From: the human T2T-CHM13v2.0 reference genome, Homo sapiens
Reading direction: 5' to 3' (one strand)
DNA length: 64,000 bases
NCBI RefSeq assembly: GCF_009914755.1
Contig: NC_060946.1
Below, one piece after another: positions 31,325 through 44,865 of the stretch. A model generated the notes under the pieces. That model saw only the letters and a program-made list of their open reading frames with translations. It had not been told where the DNA came from and did no database searches. Position 1 is the stretch's first letter; the number at the start of each line of letters is the position of its first letter. Made by a program: the position numbers and the translations under genes.

Positions 31325-31570
31325 CATAATAATAACAGAAATATGCACACTGTAGAAAATTAGAGAATACAGATGAGCAAAAAATCTTAAAACACTTCAT
31401 ATTCCCATCGTCCAGAAAGATCAGCACTGTATGTATATCCTACTAGTCTTTTCCCCCATCCCAAATACACATATTTTTATATATGCATTTTCAACAAAAT
31501 ATTTCATTCTACATACTTCTGCAATCTGATTTCCAAAGTCAACAATCTTCACCTTTCCATTTCAGTAACT
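31325..31570 (-). mobile_element. L1ME-type 3' end fragment
   Basis: tgtagaaaattagagaatacagatgagcaaaaaa..ttctgcaatctgattt. Confidence 0.55.
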
Positions 31571-31780
31571 TTTCATCTTGTCTAACTCCTAGATGAAATT
31601 CGGTTATTCAAGATGGACTCCAGCTGGTATGTTCAAATTTATACCAAACCTATAACCATCATCAACCAATTTTTACTTAAAGCTCTGTCTGCCGTGCCAG
31701 GTATGATCTGTCTTCTTCCCTTTGCCAGTGTGTACGGCTCCAGTCCTGCTCAGCATTTCAAAGAGTGCCAGGACTCTTCC

Positions 31781-32489
31781 TTTTTAAAAAGATACAAATA
31801 CATATTCACCAAGCTTTGAAAAGGCACATATTCTATTCTTATTTTAAATTAATCTTTTAGCTTATTTAATTCTTGTTTATATTTGAATTGAGAAAGAAGA
31901 TGGGGTATTAAGGGCAGGAAAGACCCAGTGCACATATAGTTCTATATAGTAGTGGTAGTAGTAGCAGTGGCAACAGTAGCAGCAGTGATACCATCATCCT
32001 GCACTTGGAAATGTCTCCTTATCCCACACATACAAAACTTAAAGCAAAACAAAATCCTTTAAGTTTGTAAGGAGCCTTTTCCCAATCTGGAAGAAAACAG
32101 AACCTTCAAGTTAGAGGCCATATTGTTCAAACTGATTGAGATATATATGAATTTTGTGACTTAATATGTAAATATTGGCTAAAATATTTAGGATAGCCCA
32201 GATGGTAACAGCAATAGTGCCAATTCTCCAGGCCACTTTTTAATGCATTTCTAGTATTATTATTTTAGTCTTTTATATTCTAAACAAGTACACATAAGAA
32301 ATCCAACAAGAGTCCAATCTAATTTCTTCAACTCTTAGATTCAAACATTTTTTAAAATATACAAATATATATTCACTGAATACTAAAAAGGCACAAATTC
32401 TATTCTTATTTTAAGTTGATGTTTTAGCTTCTTTAATTCTTATTCATATTTGAGTTGAGAAAGAAGATAGGAGTAGTAAAGGCCAGAAA
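31781..32489 (+). repeat. Diverged ~140 bp direct duplication (31781-31920 and 32349-32489)
   Basis: Shared blocks aaaaggcaca(t/a)attctattcttattttaa, ttttagctt(a/c)tttaattctt and ttgagaaagaagat. Confidence 0.9.
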
Positions 32490-32537
32490 AATGGAAATCA
32501 GGGAAGTATGATAAGAAAGATGGTACAGAGTTGTTTA

Positions 32538-33052
<515 letters not shown>

Positions 33053-33067
33053 TAAAAAACTAAACCA

Positions 33068-33204
33068 GGTCAGGCACAGTGGCCTGCATCTGTAATCCGA
33101 GTACTTTGGGAGACTGAGACAAGATGATTGCTTCAGGCCAGAGGATTCCTTCAAGCCAGACCAGCCTAGGCAACAAAAGCGAGACCCCATCTCTACAAAA
33201 AAAA
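33068..33204 (+). mobile_element. FLAM_C-like monomer
   Basis: Left-arm-only Alu ending gagaccccatctctacaaaaaaaa. Confidence 0.85.
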
Positions 33205-34024
33205 TTTTTAAATAGAAAAATTAAAAATTAACCACTAGGCTCACAGGAGAGCATAGACATAATCAATTAATTTACTGATTGATGATGCCAGACCTAAATA
33301 TTAACTTGTTAGAAAAAGTTCCATGCATTTAATTCACAACTGCTATGTTTCAGACACAGGATTTTTAAATTGACCCTTTTCTTAGATAAAACCCAAGCTC
33401 TCCCTCCCATCTGTTTACTGGTCAAGTTCCCCTACCCTTGGTCCAAATTTAAAGTCTGACTTCAGCACTAATTACACTTAAATATGTACTCCCAAAGAAT
33501 ACATCTATCAGTAAAGGCTGATGCACTGAAGACTGAAGTCTTCTCTTTAATCCCAGAAATGGTAGAATAGTAATAGCAAATACAATACCACCATTTTATG
33601 TGAGCTTGTCAGAGAAAACTTTGGCATGGTAGGCCTAGGAGAACACGTTTCCAGTAGCAGTGGCAGATGGATGACACGGAAAAACAAGCTCCTGGTGTCC
33701 ACAGTGAATAATGCCTAAAGTGGTAACAGGAGACACAGGGCTTACAAGCACTGTTATTTTATAAAGCATAGAATGTCAGTTCACTAAAAGTCCTGTGGTG
33801 GCACATGCAATAAATAAGACCTATTAACACTTTTCTTTACCTAAAATCACCCCCAGAGAGTTAGTTAAGTAACTCACTTCTTAATTCACATTGATCATTA
33901 CGTGTCATTGGTTTGTGATCTTTGATAACAAGGGCTTTCTGGACTTCTATACCTTAAAATTTTTAGGCCCTACTTTTTTTTAGGCCTATCTGTAATTATT
34001 TCTCATTTTAAAGTATCCAAGTAT

Positions 34025-34250
34025 AGAACTGAGCAGCACATCTATGTCAGACAGATCCAGTTTCAAACCTCAGATCACTATGTAGTAATTCTGTGATTCT
34101 CGGCAAGTTACTGACCCACTCTTAAGACTCAGTTTCTTCCGCTCTCAAACAGTCATTCTAAAACTCTCACAGTACTGTTAAAATGTAAAGCAGCGTAGGC
34201 TTTGCACACAGGACACACTCAGTAAATGGTAACTGTTGCTATCATTAGCG
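34025..34250 (+). mobile_element. MIR
   Basis: gtcagacagatc..ttcaaacc..ggcaagttac..ctcagtttcttcc..actcagtaaatggtaact. Confidence 0.8.
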
Positions 34251-34469
34251 TTGACAACTTTTCTCCAGTAAGTCTATGCCTCTGTTTAACTCCATCTGTG
34301 AAACTAGAAACGAATTTCAAAAGTTTCATTTCCAATCATGCTCTTACCAGCAAGATTTAAGATGTCTTTTTTATTATAAGTCTAATTACTCTTGGGTCAG
34401 AAATCAGCAAGAGGCCTATCTAACTTCTATACAATCTCCCAGTCCCCAGAAGGTAATTTAACCTACGGA

Positions 34470-35290
34470 AGTAGCCAATCTCAAAAGCTAAAGATGTTGT
34501 GCTTTTGTATCTCCTTACTGGGCTTAATCTGTTAATTAAGCAAACCAGGAGAAGTAAACAAAAGTTTACCTCAACCAACTCTTGCCAGACTTATAGAGGG
34601 AATACAGAACATGATCACCAGTCTTTGCTATTGGCCAATAGTCTATTGTAACCAGCGCTAGAGACCCAACACGACTATCTACAAGGCTGACACATGGAAA
34701 AACGATTGGTCCAAAACATTTTGTCTTCATCACAGATGATTCCGTTATGAATAAAGCCGTTTTCCTCCTCAGAATATTAATAATACTGATGTCCAGAAGA
34801 AGATGTGGCTTAGAGAATGGGCAGGTGGATTCCATAGTGACAGTTCAACTCATAAAATGAACAATTGCCCTACACCCTTGTTTAAATATGACGCCAGGAT
34901 CTAAAGTCAAAGTTTTGCTAACATTTATTCATGTTACCTTCTGTTTTAGGTCCTCTATACAGATACCACCCTTAGCCTGATGTCTCCATGAAGGCTCATT
35001 TTGCTTTTCCTTCAGCTCCCTTACCCAAGTGCTTCAGGAGAAACATTAAATCGATGCCTTCAACTTCCAACATACCTGGCAGCCCATCAAAGATGACTCT
35101 TTAACTGTAAATGATAGTATCCTGTCTCGCAAATGCCCATTTTGTCTGCTTCACGTATAACAAGGGTGTGAGAGGCTATAGGAGAGTATTAGACAGGTTT
35201 TACTCGGTTTCTTGCCATCAAAGGTAAACAGTTTTGTATTGTTCAAAGCAGTCATGGGTCTCATTTCCTCATAAAAACAATCTCTACAGC
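34470..35290. promoter_or_regulatory. Candidate enhancer or promoter-like element
   Basis: Non-repeat sequence with CCAAT boxes and TCF, FOX, HOX13 and CUT-type motifs; motif evidence only. Confidence 0.35.
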
Positions 35291-35526
35291 TATTTACACC
35301 ATAGGGCTAAGGAGGTCAGTCAGTGTTGGAAATGCAATTAGGGAAGACAGACTTTTTTTAAGTAAAGAAACATCTGCCCAAAAAGCTTAGGTAACAAGCC
35401 TCCATCATCATGTGGCTTTGGCTTGGCTTTTGATCTCTTTTCTCAAATGGCAGGCTCCAGAGGCAAATGACACATAGCTACTAACAAAAAGACATCCTAA
35501 ATATTAATTTAAAAATTTTTAACTAG

Positions 35527-35840
<314 letters not shown>

Positions 35841-36741
35841 TATATGTGTTATTTTTTAAGATATACACACAAAAAGCAAACGGTGTTGTTGGTAGATGTG
35901 GACCACTGTTCTACACACACTTGTTATCCTCTCCAAGCACCTGCCTATGTGTCAGCCCATCTGATTCCCTCCTCTCCTGCTTCTCACTCATGGCCTGCAT
36001 CCCAGGACTTAACCTCCAGTTTCTTCCCTCTCTCTATCATTCTTTCTATCACCGCTTTTCCACTCACCCCTGATTTTCTCACTATCTTCTCAGATGTACC
36101 TCTATGACAACTTATTACTAGAAGCATTAACAATGGCTTCACCATTAGGTGTCAAAGTCTCAACTGTTCATTTTATATATCTCAGAAGGGCAGAGTTTTA
36201 AGGGAGATGAAGTTTGGAGAAGTGAGGATGATAATGATCACCACCAAGGGCCAGAAAAGGTGGGAGACAGCAGAAAATTGTTTTGAGTCATACGGGGCTG
36301 GGAATGACCAATGACTGATGGCAGCAGGGCTTGATTATGTTACTTTCTAATACTTCCTGAAATGCATGGTATTTTTCCTGTTTGCCCATTGGTTCACTAT
36401 TTAATAGTGTGTGTTGTTGAGACAAGAGATTTTATTGACAGCTCAGAGCAATTAATAAAGAATTCTATCTTCACACAGGGTTTTCTTGAAGAAGGCTCAA
36501 TTTACTTGGTATTCAGTCTGTAAGATCATGTTCATTCTGATAAAAGGATCATATGTCAGTTTTTACTCATACACAATTCATCATGCAGAAGGTTTTTTTA
36601 AATGATTTTGACAATGTTTTTGAGATTTAAAAAATTAAAACATCCTATATACCTAAAAATAATCTCTAAGTTCCTTTTTAAGACTATGATTATGATTGCA
36701 TTAAAAATATTAAAATCTATGGTAAAGTGTTATTTCTATTT

Positions 36742-36970
36742 GTCATTCACTCAACAAATATTCCTGAGCAAACCACAATGTGCAAATGATTGCAATGGGC
36801 CCAGTGGAGACAAAAGGGTGGTCACAGAGCCTTCCTTCAAGGAGAAGCATTTATAAATGTGCATATACAAATAGCTATAGCAGAAGGTAGAAAGCATGAC
36901 CTACCACAAAAAGGATACAGTAAAGCACTCTTGAAGTACAGAGGAAGAAGAGATCCATTTCAACTGAGGG
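36742..36970 (-). mobile_element. L2 3' end
   Basis: tcattcactcaacaaatatt..tgagca. Confidence 0.6.
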
Positions 36971-37105
36971 ACTCATGGAAAAGATAGTAATGGTGAGTAG
37001 GTCAGACAAGAGGCTAACAATTTTACTGTGTAGTAGAATTTCAATTTCTGTGAATTTCTCTGGGAAGCTAAATTTCCCATGGAATTTACAGGTACTATGT
37101 CTCTC

Positions 37106-37530
37106 TGAGGTAAGGGGCAGGACTCAACTCTGGACCAGACTAAAGACTGGCTGAAACAGGGAAGAGGTGCTGAAAGCACCACTCCATAAGATACACCCAC
37201 CAGCACCATGACAGTTTACCATTGCCATGGTAATACCCAGAAGTTACCACCCCCTTTCTAGAAATTTCTGAATACACCACTTCATTTGCATGTAATTAAA
37301 AGTGGGTATAAATATGACTGCAGAACTGTTCCTGAGCTACTGCTTTAGGCACACTGCCTATAGGTTAGCCCTGCTCCACAAAGAACAGTACCTCTGCTGC
37401 TGCTATACACTGTCACTTCAATAAAAGTTGCTGTCTAACACCACCAATTCCCCCTTGAATTCTTTCCTGGGTGAAGCCAAGAACCCTCCTGCGCTAAGCC
37501 CCAATTTTGGGGCTCGCCTGCACTGCATCT
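37106..37530 (+). mobile_element. MER41-family (MER41C-like) ERV1 solo LTR
   Basis: tgaggta..cagtttaccattgccatgg..gggtataaata..aataaa..ccaagaaccctcc..ctaagccccaattttggggctcgcctg..tgcatc. Confidence 0.9.
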
Positions 37531-38865
37531 TGTTCTTAGTATTCCTGTCTATTACATCTCTCCAGTTACCTCTTCCATTCACTGAAATGAAAATATAAGG
37601 AAAAAACACAAAGATTTAACTCTTAAATTACAATGAATTAGTGAAGGGAATAAAATACAAGCATAATTCACTCAGCTAAGCCTTATGCCCTTTGTATTTG
37701 ATAGCAATAATCCCACAGTAACTAGAACACACACTTATCTTATTAACGAGACTAGAATTATTTTAATTAGGTATCTCCACATGCACCAACTGTTAGAAAT
37801 TAGACTGTTTTGAAACAGTTGTTAATGACTTAACACGGCAAATGTTTTCCCAAATTTCAGGCTGAAATCTATGCTTGAGACAGATGGGGAAGAGCCTGGC
37901 CCTGCTGTGTAGCGGAGGAACAGCCTGGTGGGCCTAGAGATGCATTTTCTACTGGGATTCAGCAAAACAATCCTAGGGACACATAGAAAGATAATCATAA
38001 ACTTTGATAACATCTGTTACATTAAAAGTTTGAAGTCTGGCACTAGTAAACACCTAAAAATTGGGGAAAATGCTTTATTTCAGAAACAAGTCTCTAAATT
38101 TCAAAATTTAAAAACACCTAATGAGAACATCAGAAGTCCAAGGTCTAATCCTAGTCTTCTGGTTAACCTGGGTGAGTCTGTGCTCGCCCTTTAACAGACC
38201 CTCCTCTTAGACAAGAATCAGGACTCATATGGAGTTCCTCTCTATGCTTTACTTCCTCTGGGAAATGATTTTGTTTTCAGTTTATTGTTAATTCATGGAA
38301 AAGCTTTAAAATTTTGGAAAGGCTATTAACAAATTTACAAAAAACTTTACTGGACCAATTTTGGCCCTCTGAGGAGGCACACACCCTAGAAATTCTAACC
38401 TGTCTTAAAGAGGTATGTGGCCTGCCTGAAGCAAGATCAAGATGTGTTGAAAAGCAGTAATTATAAAAGGAATAAATTTTATGTTTTGACAACTGGATAA
38501 GTTATATTCTCTTGGTACTTCTTAGAAGGTAAGTCTCCAACTGCCTATGGACAGCAAACAAGTTAAAAAAAGCGGGGACACAATAGTGGACATTTATTTA
38601 TTCTGACTTATTTTAACCTAATTAGGGAGAAAATAAATAAGAGTTCCCTTCCAACCTGTCTAGTCTTTTCCTAGACCGAGACAAAGATAATTCTGGAGAA
38701 AGCAGGAGAAGAAAAGCAAACACAAGCACAGCAATACTAACTTCCAAGGCTTATGGTATTTTTGTGTCTGACGTTTCTCCAAGGCTCTACTGAACAAAGG
38801 CCTTTCCCCAACATGCTTGTCCAGTATGCCCAGGTTCCCAGGTTCGGGAATATGGAAGAATTGTT

Positions 38866-38920
38866 ACACATACACATATACACACACATGCGTGCGCACA
38901 CACACACACACACACACACA
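38866..38920. repeat. (CA)n microsatellite
   Basis: Read directly. Confidence 0.95.
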
Positions 38921-39803
38921 GTAATGCCTTATAAAAGGTTTTAGTGTTTAGATTACACAGATTGTCTTGATTTTCTATACAGCTGAGAGTCAAAGTAGGT
39001 ATGGCTTAGTAATCCACTTAATTGCTTCACTGCCTGATTAAATTTGTCAGAGCACTAATCTTATTTTATAAGAAAGAAAAACATTACAGTTGTTACAAGT
39101 GACAATAACATTTAGTCTAGGTATTTTTGCAGTATTATGGGCTTTGTGACTTGCGCATATAATGAATACAGGGATAGAATCACTCGCTGACAAATTCTTA
39201 TCTCCCCTATTTTTCTAGTTCTTACATGGCCAACCACTTCTATTGGAACATAATGATCAAAGGGGCCATTCTATTGGATCTGGCATTATGCCAAGTATAC
39301 AACTCAAGGAATTAAATCGAATGTCATATAGTCAACATCCTTTCTAAGGCCACAGGATATCAATTAACTCTTAGAATGACAATATTCTGGAAAAAATTGT
39401 TTATAACTTCTTCGTAACCTCTCTTATATTTTAGTAATTTCTCTTATATTTGGGTTACATTATGGGACTAGTAACTGTGCATTCAGCTTTCTGTTTTCTC
39501 CTTTTTTATAAACACATTTTTATAGAGTAGACTTAATTAATAAGATACTAGGAAGCCGACTTCCTAAGAGTTGCACAGGACTGAAAAAAAAACAATAAAT
39601 AACGTTTCTAAAACATCACTATTTTATGTGGCAAATACACAACTTTCCAATCCCATTCCTCAATGAGTTGTTTTAGTTCCTCGGGAAGAACACGGAGATT
39701 GAACCATGTGTCTTCTAAAGTCTGTTCCACCCAGAAGATTTCATATAATTCTCAAAGTAATGTTTCACTTCATAATAAACACAATTAGAAAACACTATGA
39801 TGA

Positions 39804-40112
<309 letters not shown>

Positions 40113-40870
40113 CCAACTTACATTTTAAAACTCAATCTTAAGCCAGTGCTTTTCTACAGATGACTTACAATGACTACAGGCCACCAACATGTGTTGGAAA
40201 GTAACCTGCAATTAAAATGAGCTCTTCGAATGAGTCTTGAACTACCACATCTGAAAGAGAAGGTGAACAAAGTGAGCTACTTCTCATGTAGGACAGATGG
40301 TACAGTTACTCAGAGTCACTTAAGAACTAGGCAACAGTATATCTTGCATAGAATTTCTTCAGATCATGTTTCATTATTCACTAAACTTAAGGCTGAATCT
40401 CTTCTGAGCTACTGCAGCATAGAGGAATCAGTTCCAAGCTTCCAGCTGCAATTTATGACTCTTTTCGTTGCTTCCTTGTCCTCCTTGTAATGTTATACAA
40501 TATCCACCTTCAAAATGTGGGAGTTTCACTCTGCCCTTTTCCTGCTGTGAAAAATTAGTGATAATCATGAGAAGAAAAATAACAATTCTTAAATACTACA
40601 GTTCTTAAAACTAAAAAAGAGATCACTCTCATAATCATGTCTATTGTTTACTGACTCATATTATTAAAGAGCCGAGAGAAGTGCATCTTTCAGAGACAAA
40701 GAAATTCAACCCAGCAGTCATCTAATTCAATCTCTTATTTGATGCCAAAATCCCATCAACAGTAGCCCTACAATCCAGAGCTGACTATGTCTATTAACAG
40801 AAAATCACAACTTCCATCAGCAAAGCATCATATCCTGAGACCATTCTAACTCTTTGAAAGTTCTTCTTAA

Positions 40871-41644
<774 letters not shown>

Positions 41645-43864
41645 TGTGCTATCTTTTAAGACAATGCAGAACAAAGCTAATTCCTCTTCCATATGATAAT
41701 CTTTCAATGACTTGAGGAAGTTATTATATTCCTCTTCTTCTTACTAAACATAGGCATTTCCCTCTGTCATTCCTCATTTTAAATAATTTAAAATCACCTC
41801 TCTCATCCACTCTGTTGGCCTTGGTGACTATTGTGAACATATTCTTGTTTATCTATATTCATCTTAAAATTACTTAGGCTTTATCAGAAACATGCTAAAT
41901 AATGAATAAAAATAAGTTATGGAACTGTAGCAAATATTTCATTGTGAAAAGGAACATAGATTGTATTCGTGTGAGAGAGAAGAGGAAACTGTGAATCCTA
42001 AGCACAGACCTTAGTAATCAACAGAAGATGTGTGGGATTCAGAAAGAATGAGGTCATTCAAAAAGGGGGAATAGCCAAGTAGGTTGAAAGGAGCCCAAGA
42101 GAGACTAAAGCAATATAAGGAAAACAAAACTGGTATTCAGCAAGATTACAATCAGAAAGATATTTAAATGATGAATTTAGAATACATTTGTGAGGATGAA
42201 AAGATAAAATGCCTAGAAATAGAAAAAAATAGTAATTTACTGAACTAGCAAATAACATGAATTTATAAGGCAGAACTCTATTTTTCAACCTTTTCTAAAG
42301 AAAAGAATTCCATCTTTAATGATGTAAAGTTCAATATACAATATTTTTCATTAATAATTCTTACCTTGGATGAAATTAAAACAAAACAAAACACAAAGAT
42401 AAACTGAACAACTATTTCTAAAATGGTAATTTGAAAATGAAAAAAATGAAAAAAAGACTTCATTTTTATTCAATTCCTTTATTTTCAAGTTTGTGTAAGA
42501 AATAGATGGACTAAGTTCTCTTGCTAAACAGGCAAAGTTTTTATATTCTAATGAACACCTGTTCAGTAGGTATTATTTTTTAAAAAATCGATACCCCAGA
42601 ACGAATTCTTCTAATAGGTTTTAGATTAAAGCAGTGCATCTTTGTAATGTTTTGTCGCCTTCAAAAATTTGTCAAGTCCAGCTTTCAGAGTGAATAACAG
42701 AAACACTTGGAGATCCTAGCTATCTGATGCCAAGAAAAGCAACTACAGAGTTGTTCAACTCTTATGAAAAGGCATTCCTACTCACAGAATAGCCATGTTT
42801 ATCACATCTAGAGATCTAAAAGAAAGCTTATTCCAAGAGTCCATTCTTAATATGTAGTCTTGGAAAAGAATTCTGATTCAGAAGAACGTTCTTATCCTTC
42901 CTGAGAAACTCAGAAAGAGGTTCTGCAAAGAAGATCTGAAAAAATTCATCAGAAAGCAATGCTTACAAGATAATACCATGTTCCCTGACAACTAAATGAG
43001 AACTACATCCTTTCCAAAAAGGCACAGGATGAAATAATGCCTGCAGGAAAGTACTGGTTTCACAGCAACAGTTACAATGTCAGTTTAATAGCTTTTACTA
43101 TTGATGATCTCTGTGGTTGCATAGGCAGTGAAAATAGTGCCTTAAGAAGAATAGTTCCAACCACTATATACCTAGCAGTGTATAAGGAGAAACAAATGTA
43201 CTACCTGAATTATTCAAGTTTTCCTTACAAGAGATATGAGAAACAACCAAAACCAAAAATTCCTTGTTGCCATTCTGAGATCTAGCCAACAGAATCATAA
43301 CATACAGGTTCGAGGATCCTGCTCTCCAGAAGTTCTATACCCTGCTGGTTGCCTAAAATAAAAACCCTACATCAATGTTATTTCAAAATATTCAAATACT
43401 TTAAAGTATTACAATTTCAATGTAATAAAAATACTATGGTCACTAGAAGTAATGAACAAAGAATAGTAAGGCAAGTTCTATAAGTGGGTTGACACGTCAC
43501 TGAGGCTTATCCCCTGTTTTAGTTGGTGAAGGAAGCTGGGATTACACAGGTTCTCCAAATATATGCCTTGCTAAAGGACACAAAACTGCCTTCAGATATC
43601 TGAAGATCTGTTCTTTAGAAGATGAATGGAGGCTGTGCCAGATGGCCACAGCCTTTGTCACTTCTTGGTTACAACTATTACAAACTGCCTCAGGTTGCTT
43701 AGCAGACCTTCCTGCTACCCTTCTCCAGAACAGCTCCTTTCCAGTTCATCCTCCACCATGCAACCATGCATCCTCCACTATGTGGCGGGGGGCGGGGGGA
43801 GAGGGCAGAAGTGGGAGAAGAGCTCATGATTCTCTGCCAAGTTTGGAAAATGTCTATTGAATGT

Positions 43865-44110
43865 GTGCTGGCTCCTAAAAACCAAAACTCCTTAGCCTGG
43901 CATACAAGTCCTTCACAATATGACCCTATCTAGCTTTCCAGCCTTGCCTCCTTATGACTTCCAATCAAATGTATGATGATCCCACTACAATACTCTTCTC
44001 TCCCTACCAGATATGCCAGGTGTTTTCACAATTCTGTGCTAGATATATGCTTTCCACACCCTTCTTCCATTTGACAAAATTTTACTCCTCCTTTAGTGCC
44101 AGCTCTGCTC
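43865..44110 (+). mobile_element. L2 fragment
   Basis: aaactccttagcctggcatacaagtccttcacaat. Confidence 0.55.
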
Positions 44111-44585
44111 TCAAAGTTTGTTAGTGTACTGTTCTTACGTTCATTTCACAATTTCAGCATGGACTGTGTTTTTATGTAGTTTGTGTATTTAGGCATGGTG
44201 ATGCTTAGTGACAGAAAAGGGAGGAAATGGGGCAGGTGGGCTGCAGAGACAGGAATGTAAAACAGTGGTAGGCAAACTTTCTCCATTTAAAATATTTTAT
44301 CTAAACCCTTGGCTATCAGCTTTATGATTACTAAGGTCTGTGCTTAGGATTCAGTTTCCTCTTCTCTCACACTAATACAATCTATGTTCCTTTTCACAAT
44401 GAAATATTTACTAGAGTTCCGTAACTTTTTATTCATTATTTAGCATGTTTGTGAAAAATCATCTCACTCGCTGTGTTATTTATATATCTAATGCCTAGGA
44501 GCACATTCAGGTGGGTTTCTATGAAGAATCCAGGCATCGAAATGCCTAATCACTCCTTTCAGATTAGAAACTTTCTAGTCGTCTC

Positions 44586-44865
44586 AGCCGGGCGCGGTGC
44601 CTCACGCCTGTAATTCCAGAACTTTGGGAGGCCAAGGCGGGCGGATGACGAGGTCAAGAGATCAAGACCATCCTGGCTAACAAGGTGAAACCCCGTCTCT
44701 ACTAAAAATACAAAAAAAAATTAGCCGGGCGTGGTGGCAGGCGCCTGTAGTCCCAGCTACTCGGGAGGCTGAGGCAGGAGAATGGCGTGAAGCTGGGAGG
44801 CGGGGCTTGCAGTGAGCCTAGATTGCGCGACTGAGCGAGACTCTGTCTTAAAATTAAAAAAAAAA
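44586..44865 (+). mobile_element. AluY with a ~20 bp deletion near the 3' end
   Basis: TSD tttctagtcgtct at 44572-44584 and 44867-44879. Confidence 0.95.

Noticed and set aside
36909-36919. U12-type 5' splice site (GTATCCTTT on -)
   Set aside because: It lies within an L2 remnant with no upstream exon.
38505-38535. Plus-strand 3-nt microexon or recursive site (ttag-aag-gtaagt)
   Set aside because: Opposite to the inferred transcription and no supporting context; expected by chance in 64 kb.
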